A stretch of 64,000 nt of DNA from Chrysomallon squamiferum (lineage: Eukaryota > Animalia > Mollusca). Below the pieces are notes generated by a model. That model did no database searches. It was not told the origin of the DNA and worked only from the letters and a program-made list of their open reading frames with translations. The translations under genes were made by a program, and so were the position numbers. This document shows, piece by piece, positions 23,201 through 35,969 of the stretch. The DNA is taken from assembly GCA_012295275.1 (NCBI GenBank), contig CM022672.1:2480001-2544000 (forward strand), written 5' to 3'. Each line of letters starts with the position of its first letter. The first letter of the stretch is position 1.

Positions 23201-24289
23201 TACACTGCTTCAATACTTAAACTTGTTTGTATGACAATAACTATGTAATATATTACTGAAAAATAAACAAGTACATTGGTACTTGTAGCCATTCTTAAGG
23301 ATACTTTGTCTGTAAATGCTGGTAAATAGATTTTATGAGTTTGTACAGTAAAATAGACTTCCTTAGGCAGTGAGCTGTCATGTTACCAATTCACATTGAA
23401 GAAAATGTTGTTTTATTTGTCTTTTGTATGGGTGTACAATATATTCCCTGTATTGTACTTTTTGACAGTAGAAGAATTAAAATTTTATAGCAAATTGTTG
23501 AAGTGTGTTTGTGTATGTAAGAGTGTGATGTGCATGTGTGTGTGTGCGAGTGAGTGTGTGTGTGTGTGCGTGTGTGTGTGTGAGTGTGTGTGCATGTGGA
23601 CTATTTTTAAGTCTAGAAATTTGTAAACATTATTTAGTGTCCTATTTATTATAGTTTTGTCTCTTGAGAAATGAAGAGATTTAAAAAAAAAAAAAAAAAA
23701 AATCTGTGTTATGGAAATAAAACAAAAAATTTAAAAATTGAATTGACTTTGTAGAAGTGCATTCACACGTCTTGTACATTGACATGTATATACTAGATTT
23801 TTAGTCATATATATATATGACCTATGATAAAAGGGTGTAAGTTATATTTATCTTTTATTTCATCTTCTTTGGGTTTCATAAAGTACATGACGTGTGGTTT
23901 TATCATTTTATATTGTTTTGTTACATAGTATTAGTATATCATACTGAATCCTGTTTTATTGGATTACATTGTATTGCTTACATTACATTAAATTTGATTT
24001 CAGGGTTAAGTTAAAAGACGGCTTGAAGAACATGGGGTGGTGCAAACTGATCCCCAGACTTCTGGACATCGGTGAACACGACAGTCGAGAAAAGGTTCTG
24101 AACGCGATGATGTCGCTGACAGACGTCTGCCGCAGCAGCTTCACCAGCGCACGCCTCACCCTGAACCGCCTCCTCGCCGAGTACGAGCACCTCGCCAAGG
24201 AGGAGGTGGAGGAGGACGGGTTCTTCAAAAGTCTTGTCCGAATGCTGAATGTTGTGTTCAAATCGCTGTATTTGAAAGAAGAACTGTAA
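8827..24289 (+). CDS. SIL1: Nucleotide exchange factor SIL1 (BiP co-chaperone), 465 aa. Exons: 8827-8995, 9848-9934, 11458-11574, 12057-12154, 12632-12817, 13587-13708, 14282-14549, 15348-15412, 24004-24289.
   Basis: The exons join in frame (1398 nt). The protein has a signal peptide, [35 protein letters not shown] (SIL1 N-terminal signature), [37 protein letters not shown] and ARM-like [26 protein letters not shown]. It ends in the ER-retrieval signal KEEL. Confidence 0.95.
9848..9934 (+). CDS. SIL1: SIL1 exon
   Basis: ttttag acceptor, gttagt donor. Encodes [29 protein letters not shown]. Confidence 0.9.
11458..11574 (+). CDS. SIL1: SIL1 exon
   Basis: Encodes [39 protein letters not shown], with AG/GT boundaries. 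Confidence 0.93.
12057..12154 (+). CDS. SIL1: SIL1 exon
   Basis: ttctag acceptor, gtattt donor. Encodes [33 protein letters not shown]. Confidence 0.88.
12238..12415 (+). repeat. (TATG/TA)n compound microsatellite
   Basis: Direct reading. It explains the YV/MY-rich spurious ORFs here. Confidence 0.9.
12632..12817 (+). CDS. SIL1: SIL1 exon
   Basis: Encodes [19 protein letters not shown]...[13 protein letters not shown] acceptor, gtatga donor. Confidence 0.88.
12875..12958 (+). repeat. ~40-bp tandem duplication in a SIL1 intron
   Basis: taaatggtcatataatactcctta...gaataatgaatg occurs twice in tandem. Confidence 0.85.
13587..13708 (+). CDS. SIL1: SIL1 exon
   Basis: tttcag acceptor, gtattc donor. 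Encodes [40 protein letters not shown]. Confidence 0.92.
14282..14549 (+). CDS. SIL1: SIL1 exon
   Basis: tcacag acceptor, gtaaat donor. Encodes [22 protein letters not shown]...[14 protein letters not shown]. Confidence 0.93.
15348..15412 (+). CDS. SIL1: SIL1 exon
   Basis: cataag acceptor, gtaagt donor. Encodes [22 protein letters not shown], and the phase matches both neighbouring exons. Confidence 0.85.
24004..24289 (+). CDS. SIL1: SIL1 last coding exon
   Basis: tttcag acceptor. Encodes [32 protein letters not shown]...LYLKEEL*. Confidence 0.93.
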
Positions 24290-24701
24290 GCTGGTCTGTT
24301 TGTGCTGACGTTAGTGATGATTATAACAATGTTCAGTGGTGCCAGGCACTAACGATTTTAATCCCCATTCAGGAGGATGTTAGAAGTGTGAACTGTTTGA
24401 ACTCAGAATCAGGTTCCCATATTTAGAAAAAAAATGGAAGTGAATTAATCAGTTCCCAAACCCTAAACTCTACCCATTTTGATAAATTTAAGAAATACAC
24501 AATAGAAGCATCATTAGAGTTCTGGATCAGATTTCTCTTGAAATCATACAATGTATAAGGCACCACTGTATTATATAACATAAGAAATGCACAAAGAGCA
24601 CATAAATATATTGTCTTAAGGACATTATAAAGGCATTAATTATATATTATATTACAGGTGATTCTTGATAAAAATAACATGTAAAGATTGAGAATCAGCA
24701 G

Positions 24702-24900
24702 TCATCATCATCATTCATCACTGTGCAGCCTTTGTTGAGTGAAAGCCTCAGCTTGTTGTTTCCATATCTTCCTGTCTTGCACTCTCCTCTGCCAGAATCC
24801 TTTCCAGTTGTCACCTAATTCATCCCTCCATGGGGTCACTGGTCTTCCTCTAGATATTTTCCATTTGTTTGTTTCCAGATGAGGGAGACTCAATGTCCAT
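24702..24900 (-). mobile_element. 5'-truncated, degenerate RTE-clade non-LTR retrotransposon 3' end
   Basis: The minus frame reads WKISRGRPVTPWRDELGDNWKGFWQRRVQDRKIWKQQAEAFTQQ. This matches the RTE ORF C-terminal pattern RGRP..W.D....W...A.DR..W....EA..QQ. It is directly followed by a (TGA)n tail. Confidence 0.8.
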
Positions 24901-27900
24901 CACTTATTTTCTATTTACTGATTTTTGACACTTGTTTTTTTTTCTTAACCAGATATTTTTTTTTTCAAACCTGATATTTGATTATTAACATACTTCTTAC
25001 AATCTTTGTTTCCACCTCAAATGTCATTACCTTTGTTGTTTTTTACCTTTTCATCTTCATTTTTTGCCTATCATGTTCTAGCCAGCTTTTGCAACATTTC
25101 TTATAGTATGTGTCGTTTATTTGCATATAGGAGTATGTAACTGGTGAAAGGAATGTTGCTTATATTTTTTCTGGCTGTCCTCAGTCTTGGTTTCCCAGGT
25201 GGAATAGGTAATCCTGAATCATGATTGTATTTTATGGATATTGTTTAAGGCACAGTGTCAAGAGTATTATCTCAGTCGAATCAGCAGCTGATCAGTAAAA
25301 TAATGCATTGACTGTGATGTCTAAATGACTGTACTGTTGAAAGAGTGATAATGAAACTTTCAAATTTTTATCAAGACTTTCCAATTCCATATTATAGTAT
25401 TATATTTATTTATAAGTCATTGGTTCTGAAATTGGTGAATGGTTCAGCCAAGTGTGAATGTGTAGGTTAATCAAATTAGAGGTAGAATGAGATGAGAATT
25501 GTGTTTTCAGTGTGTTACATAGTCATACTGACTTTTCTGTTTATAGCTGAAGGAAATGATAGCTTATTTACATTCAGATTCACTAGTTGCATTTGTAAAA
25601 CAACTCGTATTTTCAACACGGTATTATTTCTTGTTTTGGCTTTCAATAAATCCAGTGATGTTAAACAATAGATTTTCATTACAACACACTTCTATCTGCC
25701 TCAGTGGTCATTATTTTGACTTCTGCTGTACTTATTGTGTCTTCTGTAAGAGTCACATAATACATTGAATTTTAAAAATGTTTCCTGGATTTAATCATCA
25801 GCATTTCATAATTTTTGACAGTAGAAGGTTCTGACAACCTCACTGGTGACAAAACAAGAACCATCTGTAGATAACCCATCTCAATCTACAAAATTATCAC
25901 ATATCTGCTAACTAGTATTTTGTATCACCATAAAAAGAAAAAGAAGAAGGAAGTGTCTTCATACATGTTCATGAGCATGTTATTTCATTTTCAAACTTTA
26001 TTATCAACAAAGATTAGACATAAAAAAAAGGCTCGCATACAATTACACAGAAATATGTTCCGGCAATTTTTCTTTATAGTACGAAAATAAATGGTCAGTC
26101 TTCATCAGTTATGAAGTATAGTAACTCTGCTTTTATCATTACAGATTATTTTTTTTATTTTAGTTGATCACAACTGAGAAAATAAATAAAATAACCAAAT
26201 AAATAACTGCCCACCTCATATGACAGCAGCATTATTTTTACATTCAGATTTTTTTTCTTAGAAAATTTACTACATAGCAAATGTTTTTGATTTTTATTTC
26301 TTAATGATAAGAACAGCAGCAGTTACAACAACAACAATAATAATAAAAATAAATAAATGAATAAATAACAATAATAATAACAATAATAATAAAGGATAAG
26401 TAATTCTAAGCACTGATCAAAACTTAAAGATTGTTTGTAACAAGACAGTTAGTACTTCATTTCCAGTTGTAGCTGGTGTTCGTTTACATCTAAAACAACA
26501 ACCTCGAATGTAAAATAATGCTGTAACTTACCTAGTATACAAAACACTAAAGTATCCGCTAATTACACAGGATAACATCTTGCATTTGACAAGTTGATTT
26601 AGCCGACAGGTGCAAGCCTCTCATGTTGCTTAATGAACAGTTGCAAACAGTTGTAAATTAAACAAACTACAGACACTTGCATTTGTGTGCCTGAATTTTC
26701 TGAATATTTACTAAACAATTGGCTAAGTCTTGTGTTTCGCTTACCTTTATTTTTATTTTTATTTTTTTTATTTTTTCACCTTTTCTTGTTACCCGTTTTA
26801 TGTGTTGATGTAAATAGGTAAATTTCATAAAATGTAATTATTACCTTTTTGACCAAAAATCTGTGTGAAAATACACAAAATTGTGGAACTAGGGCTATTA
26901 TCTAAATTTTTAATTTTTTTTTTTTTAATTTTCTTTTTTAAATTTTGTTGTATTGATAACTGCATGGCATCATTCCAGTGCTGTTTATTACATGAATGAA
27001 GGCATTAAATATTCATTGTTTACAGAAAAATTATATAGGTTTCTGTATATATAATTGTTACAGTAATTAAATAAGTTGTATGTTTGGTTGTTATTGTGGG
27101 AGAATGTATGTAGAGAGAGGCATCCACTGGTAGTGATAAAAGCTTCAGTGTACAAGTGGTTTACACTTTTTTTCATATATGAGATGATTTATAAGGGTTT
27201 GTGAGGTGATAATTAAAAAGTTCTTGCTATTTAAGTTTTAGTTTTAATTATTATTTCTCTCTCTCTCTTTAAAGAAAATAATCATACACAAATGTATAAT
27301 CTTTTGTAATACAAATATTTCAGAGATACAGTATACTACTTTATGTATTAAACATTTCTTTTTGCTTTTAAAAGAAAATAATAAAAATAAAAGGAGAAAA
27401 AAGAAAAAAATCGACTGAAAAAAAAAAGACTACAATGAATACCTCTATTTAATCAGAAAACAACCCAACAAAATACAAAAAATACATGTGTATTATATTT
27501 CTTTTTCACTGAAAATTAAATAGCTTGCTTCAGAGCTCCTGCACTCTAATTGAAATGCTGACTTGATATGTACAAATAGTTGAATTATCAAGGTGAGTTA
27601 CGTTCTCTAACTCATGCATGCAAGTGATGTTACTGAATCATGAAATTTGTGTTTTAATTGTGTTAAAAGTCACAAGGTTGATATCGCGGAGCAAAATTAA
27701 AAGCTTAATTAATTAATGTTTTTGTTGTGGCTTTTTTAACACACACACACACACACAATAAATAGAATGAAGAAGAGAGAACAGGGTATGAAATGGATGT
27801 CTGATATACCCACTTGTGTGGTTAGTTCGTTTACAGAACGCACCAAGTGAACTTCAGATAATGTGCAGTGACGATACAGTTCAATCCTCACGACAAATCG

Positions 27901-29570
27901 TGTTTGCAGGGCAGGCAGATCTTGCATGGTCAGGAATACAAATTTAATGATTGGCATGCCACGTGCATCAGCTAAGAGATTTAAAAGCAATCACAACTGC
28001 ATCTGAAAGTCGTAAGATCGTGACCGTTGAACTGGACGACAAGATATTTGAAACGTTTTCTCTTTTCTTTTTTTTACAATTTGTTTTGCTACATCTTGCG
28101 TCTGTGACGATACGCCGTTTTGCCAATCACTGGAGACCTTTAGCAGACACAGACGACACGGACGAAGACAAAAGGAAGATGGTGTGAATGGATTATAACA
28201 AAAGCGTCGCGCGTCTACGAAACGAAACGTCCTAAATTAGAACTCAAGACACTTTTTATTTCACATGGGTGTCGCCCGACATGGATTTGAACCCGTGGTA
28301 TCCAGCTGTTGGTCATTCACGATGGGACAAACACCGTGTGGTTTTGACATTGTTGAGGAATGCACAGTTTATGTTGATATATATCGTCTGTTGTACCCAC
28401 GTTTAAAGAGACTCGTACGGACAGTGAACCGAGTCTACAATTTCTAGATGTAATCTGGACTGAACTGTAATTCTGATAGCGTACTGTCATTTTATTTATT
28501 CATAAATAATTGCTATTATTGGTTTGTGTATGTGTGTGTATGTGATAGTGTGCTGTTACAAGGGTTGTTTGTTTATATGTTTCTAGATATGTGCTTTCCT
28601 GCCTGTCACTGCAAACATTAGACGATGTCAGACACATGGATAATGTGGCAACGAAGATTTCCTCTTTCGTAACATAAGTAAAGAAAGAAAAAAATATATT
28701 AACGCACAGTTGCTGCTCAAATTAAAATGTATTAGTAAAACAAATCCCTTCCTTCAGCTAATTATTATTCACTTCATTCAATTTTCTTTAATAACAACAC
28801 CTAGCCATTGCAAAAAAAAAAAAAAATTATTATTTTTTTTTTTTAAATTTAAAAATAAAATAATAATAATAAATAAGTCGGACATAATATGACATTTCAA
28901 AATTTACTTCTCAACCAAATTATGTTTTTTTAATTTAAACCCCAAAAAAAAAATTCAGCGTATAATATCTCTATCGGTAACATAACATGCACGACGTGAC
29001 AACTAAGCGGTATAATATACAAAGCACAAAAAAAAAAAAAAATAAAAAATAAGATATCACTTAAACGGTGCTAAGCCCCAACTAATTCCTTCCGCACTCA
29101 AATTTATGGCATCTTCGTTCTCTTTTCACAAACACACATTTGCATATTATCCCCTCTGACAGGCAAAATTGGCGTCCAAAATGTCCGATAATTTAGTACA
29201 AAAGTCTGTTGACGTACCGCGGGCCTGTCATGTAGATATATAGTTAATCCAAGCTGTTGTTGGCCACCCTAGGCGTTCCTAACCTGTGTAATGGAGCTTG
29301 TGAAATAAGAAGGTATATAAAAAAAAAAAAAAAAAAGTGGCCAGAGTAAAAATAATAGCAGTATGTGATGTTATACACGTATTAAATATTTATGTGTAAA
29401 TGTACACATACATATGTGGGTTTGTGTGTCGAGTGATAAGCAAAACCTATTTCTTTTTTGAAAGATGATGGAGAAGAATTTTTGATCTGTCCTGTTTATT
29501 TATTGTCCCGTGTTTTTGTTTTGTTTCTTATGGGGTGGGAAGGTGATTTTGCCCCACTATTTATTACTAC

Positions 29571-29619
<49 letters not shown>

Positions 29620-29638
29620 AGTAGTAGTAGCAGTGGTT

Positions 29639-29670
<32 letters not shown>

Positions 29671-31363
29671 TAAAATTACTTATACGTCCATTTTAGATTA
29701 TTCCTATCTTCTTTTTCTTTTGATCTTGACTTCATCATTATATCATCACAACAACAACAACAATAATAATAATAATAAAATATAAATAAAATAATAAACC
29801 TCTTCTTCTTCTTCTTTTTCTTGGTTTAATTTAATTTCTCTTTCAGTTCCACTTACTACTACTAATTTTCCCTGGTGTCTGTTAACTTCGGTTCAACGTT
29901 CCTTGTCAGAAAGGTGAAATTCTTTTTTTCAGATTCACGAACATTTCTAACATTACTTCATTTCTATTACAGAAACATCAACAAGACGCTTGTCGCTTTG
30001 TGTTTGCACCGATTAATAAACCCGACCCTGCTCCCCCCTGCTCCCCCTGCGTCCAGTAGGGCGGGCGAGACACTGAAAAGTAAAACCGTTTTTCAATCAG
30101 GTTTTCACCGAAGTAATAAACGTTTCTCTGATCTGAACAAAATGACGTCGGAGACAAACAGAAGGTTTCAATGGACGTGTATTTTGTGCGTGTTTACCCG
30201 TTAAAGACACGTATCGTTTAGCTGTGATTTCGCGCATTCTGTGTTCGTAAAAGAACTCTCGCGAGGACTTGAAATGAAAAGTGCCGTAATCAGTCGCAGT
30301 GTAGCCAAACTCGTGGCGCCATTTATTTGTACAACCAGAATCGCACTCAGCTTCAGGACACGGTGCGTGCATCTGTAGTCGGGGGTTTTAAATTATTAGA
30401 GCTTCAATCTCAAACGATGAATGTGAATTTATATTTGTGTATATAGTGTATGTGTGTGTATGTGTGTATACGAGCGAGGGGGGTGCGTGTATTTTTCTGT
30501 ATATGAATGTGTATCCGTACTTATATATTTTATTTTGAATCTTTTGAAAGCTGTTAATTTTCCAAAAATCTTCGTTATCATCATCATCATCATCATCACT
30601 ATCAGCTGTGATCTTTCATCATTATTAACCAACTAGTCATTATTGTCAGAGATATGATCTCAAGTTTATTGTCTTCGTTAGATGATTCTTTGTCATTCGC
30701 GAGCATTAACTCACTTGTTATTTCCAGAATTGTTTTATACAGATATAGATAAATATGTTAATAGGGCAGTGAAGTGTGGAAATTATGCCAATATTTACAC
30801 GAATTCACAGCTGTTAAGTTCAAAGGACATTATCCTAGATAAAGAGCTTTGTTCATTTTCCTTTTAAATCATATTTTTTATGTGTGTCTGTTTTTTTTTT
30901 TTTTTTTTTAAATAGTTGTTGTCATTTACATTCTGAATTCTTTTAATCATTATACTACTGTATTAGCTTAGCTACATATATATGTTAAAAAGCAAAACAA
31001 GAAGAAAAGAAAGAATGAAAGAAAGAAAATATTAATGGATATTTTATGAACGAATACCTACCTATGCTTATTATCTGCATATATGTGAATTTCAGTTTGT
31101 GAAAGCGGTCAGAAGATGGACAGTAGAATTTGGGCACTGGACACCAAAATTAACCACTTAATTACAAGAGATGCCAGTTAGACATACGAGTTGTATTTCA
31201 TTACCCCGTTGCTCAGTTGTTTTGCTTTGCTATCTGTTTTATATATCTGTGTGTCTGTTTGTCTATCTGTCTCATCGACCTAATTTGTGCAAACATAAAC
31301 ACCAACCTAAATGTCTTTTTGTTGCATATTGTCTGTCGTTTTGGATATGTATGTATGTATGCA

Positions 31364-31399
<36 letters not shown>

Positions 31400-32299
31400 C
31401 ATGCATAATGGTGTGTAGGTCGTTAGTAAGTAGGTATGTCAGTATACATGTGTCTGGCTCTATAGCTTTGCCTATTCGCTCAAACTAACACGGTGAAAAT
31501 ATTATGTTTGTTTAGCATTCTTTATTCTCTGCTTATTTAACACGTACTTGTTTTATTTTTGTAAGCAACATTTTATTTCTACCAGAATAACCCTGACGTA
31601 CACTAACAATCAAACAGCGAATGAGACTACGTCAGACAGAAACAAAGAAAAAAGTACTTAATATCTGTTGTTGCTTTTTTCTTTTGCTTCTTTCTTATGT
31701 TTCATTTTATTTTATTTTATTTTATTATTATTATTTTTAATTAATTTATTTTCGAATGAGAGAGAAAAATAATGAAAGTGTATGAGTTTAAATTCTGTTC
31801 GGTAACATTTATCTGAAGTAAATTATTTTTTCTTACATCCATCAAACAGGCGAAGGCCTACCCGTTACGATTCGGTTTACGTAACGTCAGCACTGGGAAG
31901 GTGTGAACTGTTTTCAGACGGCTGTTTAATCACGAAATCCGTTTACTCGTGTAACAGAATTTCAATTAGCGCTTGACGGCTTGTCTTTTTCTGCAGTGTG
32001 CAGCAAGTGCGACTTGTAAACGTTAACAAACGTATGCAAATTGACGAAAAGTCTTTTACAGTGTAAGGGCGATAACTTGCCTGTCTGGTATCTGAATTAT
32101 TGTTATTTTGACTCGTACCTACAAAGGAGGTCTCTAGCACAAGGCCTCGGCATATTAAGTAGCTGCATTCAGTGATATGAACGTGGAGGTAGGGATAATA
32201 GTTTGCAATTGTCAGTTTATGTAGCCTGTCAAGTCAGGTTCCTTTCAATCCAACTCAGTTCTCCAAGACTTTTATTTCAATGGCCTTGAAAAGTATTTT

Positions 32300-32490
32300 C
32301 TGTCTATGGGAAGATGATTATAAATTATCCATTGTTGCTATTTTCGGAGGTAAAAATAGTCAATTAGGGACATCAGACTGTTGCCTTTCTCATTTTTTTT
32401 TTTTTTTTTTTAAATATTTTATAACGATATAATTGCAGCCGCAGAAATGAAATGTTAAAGTGTCGTTGAATTAAAATAGTCCTTCATTTA
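32300..32490 (+). mobile_element. Degenerate SINE fragment (same family as 38890)
   Basis: ctgtctatgggaagatgattataaattatccattgttgcta ... aaatgttaaagtgtcgttgaattaaaatagtccttc. Confidence 0.5.
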
Positions 32491-33418
32491 ACTGAGAATA
32501 ATATAAATACATTGAAAGTTTGAACATGGACAATCTACAGGTGTATTGTCACCTGTGACAAACAGGAATAAATTCCTGTGATAGAGCACGATGGGTGATA
32601 ACGGTTTCAACGAGTCCTTGCGATAGCTTTCATCCCAGTATTTCATTTAACACCACTCCCTATTGTAACGTGGAACCACGCACGTTATAGTTACACGTGA
32701 TGTCTTGGATATGCACACATCACAAGCATTCGGGAATTTTGATTAGAAATAATTTTATCTCTGTTGTCCAAAATTTTGTTTAATGATCGTGGGAAAGAAT
32801 TGTAGCAATACTTCACATATTTCTGTGTCACACCTCTAAGCTGTTTAAAGTATTTGTTCCATGCAGAGTGTATGTATGTCTGTGTACGTTCATTTTTGTG
32901 TATGTATGTATGTATGTATGTATGTATGTATGTATGAATGTAATTATAAATGTATGTATATGTGTATGTATGTATGTAAGTACATATTTATGCGTTTATA
33001 TGCGGAGAATACGTATATTAAATAAGAAAAGAGTCCAGTAAATAAATAAAGGTAATTATGCATTCACAAGACTAAAGATCCAGAAAGGACTGCTGATAAC
33101 TGACCCACTAGTGTGAATAAGGGCTTTTCTCAGTGCGTGTATATTCAAAGACTATAAAAGGTCATAATTCTTAAACTAAAAGCCTACTGAAATGTATTTT
33201 AACCTTATACAAAACTTCCTCATTGCACTGTTTGTCTCCGACCCTCAAACTAATACGTTTTATCGTTATTTGAAATAAACTCTTGTGTTATTCAAGTGTT
33301 ATTTAAGTACTGGCCAGTCCCTAATATCTGATCATTTATATTAAACAAACACTTGAAGAAACGAAACGCTACTTCCTAATTAAATTCTCACGACTGAAAT
33401 TTCTAAAACATCCGGTAA

Positions 33419-33458
<40 letters not shown>

Positions 33459-35057
33459 TGTTATTTTTATGCGAAATAGTGATACATTTAAAAAAAATAA
33501 TAATAGAGAATAAGAAAGGTAGTAAATATAGGAATGGAAAGATGTGTGTGCGATATCATTTCATTTACATCGTCCAATTTGGCATATCATTATCCTAATC
33601 TTACGTAATGCTGTCACTCCTTTTCTCTCGTTTTCTGTTGGCAATAATCTCTGTTTTGTTAATATTGTCGAAAATGTCAGTGTAGTGGCGTAATACGAGC
33701 TACGAAGAGAAATACCTGAAATTTTGTAGGTAGTACGTGTCGTCGGGCTTCATGTCAGTTCTCAGTGCCGGTGAAATGACGCTTGGCTTTCCAGGCAACG
33801 ATTAAACGTCCTAAATGAAACATTAACTCCCATTAATCCTCGACTGGTGCATAAACGTCAGCCAGCTTATTAGATTGTGTACACACACACTTCTTACGTT
33901 ATGCACTTTTTGTGTTGTTGGGATTTATTTTGAAGGATATATAGATGTTGCCACTTATATGATGATATTCCTGAATGGGAAGGGAACCAGCGGGTCATCT
34001 GTATGTAAAGTGCATTTATTCATTCGTACATTCGTTAATTCTTTCACTAAGCTTTTCATTCATTCATTCATTCATTCATTCATTCGTTCATTCATTCGTT
34101 CGTTCGATCGTCCATTTGTCCATTTTTCGCCACTCAGTCCGTATAGCATGGCGTGGCATTCCATTCATCAAATTATAGTCATCAATCATTTATGCGTCTA
34201 TCCATCTTTCCATCAGAAATGTGCTTATACAGGTTCTCCATCTGTAGACTAAAATTATTCATCTACTCAGTTAATAGCACTATAAAACTTCTACTGAACT
34301 TTACTAAGTTTAAAAACAATTTCGAAAAAAAAAAAAAAAATCTCAGATAAACTAGCATTTCAGGGAACACTGAACTCTTCTACTTTTGTTTTTATCTCAG
34401 GAAGAAGAAGAAGAAGAAAAAAAAAAAAAAAAAAAAAAAAAAATCGAAGGAAAAATAATTGGTGGAGATCTGTCGAGAATCCGGGTTAATCAGTCAGTAG
34501 TACACGATACCAGGTGTATCCATAATATCCATAATCTGTCCAGGGGGTTGTGTGGACCGCGCGGCATGGGTATATTGCCTGGTGTATTGGCAGATTCGAG
34601 TGCTCTGAAGTCACCACGTACCTCCCACATCGCCATAGCTCTCGATAACGACTTTGTACAAAAGCAAAAAGTCAATAACAAATTGTTTACAAATTTACGG
34701 CTACGTCTTTTAACAAAAAAAAAAAAAAATGAAAAAAAAAAATTGCAACTGAAATTTTTGTAGCAGGAAGGGAACGCCATGACATGCCGCCGAAGATGAC
34801 CATCTGCAGAGAAATGTCCGCATAAGAATATTTGTGGTATCATGTTCAGATGGGGGTAGATAACATACAGATTGGTATATTTATAATCACTAGAGATATA
34901 CTAAGCTTAAAATGTCCATGCTTGAGGAGGTTATGGTGTTAAATATAAAAGACAGGAAGCATTCATTAGAATTGCATTTAACAATATTGATAACGTTTAA
35001 TGACCTATCTGCTTAAGCTAGACCGATCAATAGCATCCAGTTTGTGATCATCTCATT

Positions 35058-35088
<31 letters not shown>

Positions 35089-35488
35089 TCTAATGTTTTA
35101 ATACTTGTAGTTAGATGTACGTGTATATGTCCATAATATAGATGTGTTTATAAATGTGTGCGTTCGTGATATACATCATCAAAACATCTATGACCTTCAT
35201 TTGGCTAATCACAACTTTACACCGATGACCATCATAAATTATTCTCTAAGGTTTTGATCAGTCATCGTATGCTTACAAACGACAATATACTTTAGTTTTA
35301 AAAACACTTCACCGAGAAAGATAAAGCGTTAAAAATAGCTGAACAACGAACACTAAATTTCCATCATAAATATATTGGATATATCGTGACCTTTTACCTA
35401 TTTGAATTATATATTTGTTTGTCTTTTTAAAGAGTATCTATAAACATTCGACAGCTAAGTTTGTAAATTTGATCGTGCAAGAGTTTCC

Positions 35489-35670
35489 GTGTGACAAAAC
35501 AAACAGATTTATAGTTCTGGAGTTTTGACTGCACTGTGTTTTTCTAGTGTAACAAAACAAGCAGATATATAGTTCTGGAGTTTTGACTGCACTGTGTTTT
35601 TCTAGTGTGACAAAACAAACAGATATATAGTTCTGGAGTTTTGACTGCACTGTGTTTTTTTTTTAGTGTG
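35489..35670 (+). repeat. 58-bp minisatellite, 3 near-identical copies
   Basis: Unit gtgtgacaaaacaaacagatatatagttctggagttttgactgcactgtgtttttcta at 35489, 35547 and 35605. Confidence 0.95.
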
Positions 35671-35898
35671 AAACAATATACAAGTTTTAACTCTTTTTTT
35701 TCTGCTTGTCATGTCAGTAATTATTAAGTATTATATAACTGAAAAATAGAAATGGTAAAAATGTGTGAAGTATACAATGAAGTATACATGTTAATGAAAT
35801 AAACACAGGTCTCGAATGTATGACTGAATTAATATGTTTTTGTTTAATGATTTTTTATATATATATATGTATATTATCATATAATATATTCTGTTACA

Positions 35899-35969
<71 letters not shown>

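Noticed and set aside
30097-30372. 91-aa minus-strand ORF (MHAPCPEAECDSGC...) with a cag before the ATG
   Set aside because: No recognisable domain, no polypyrimidine tract and no partner exons found. Left as part of a non-coding island.
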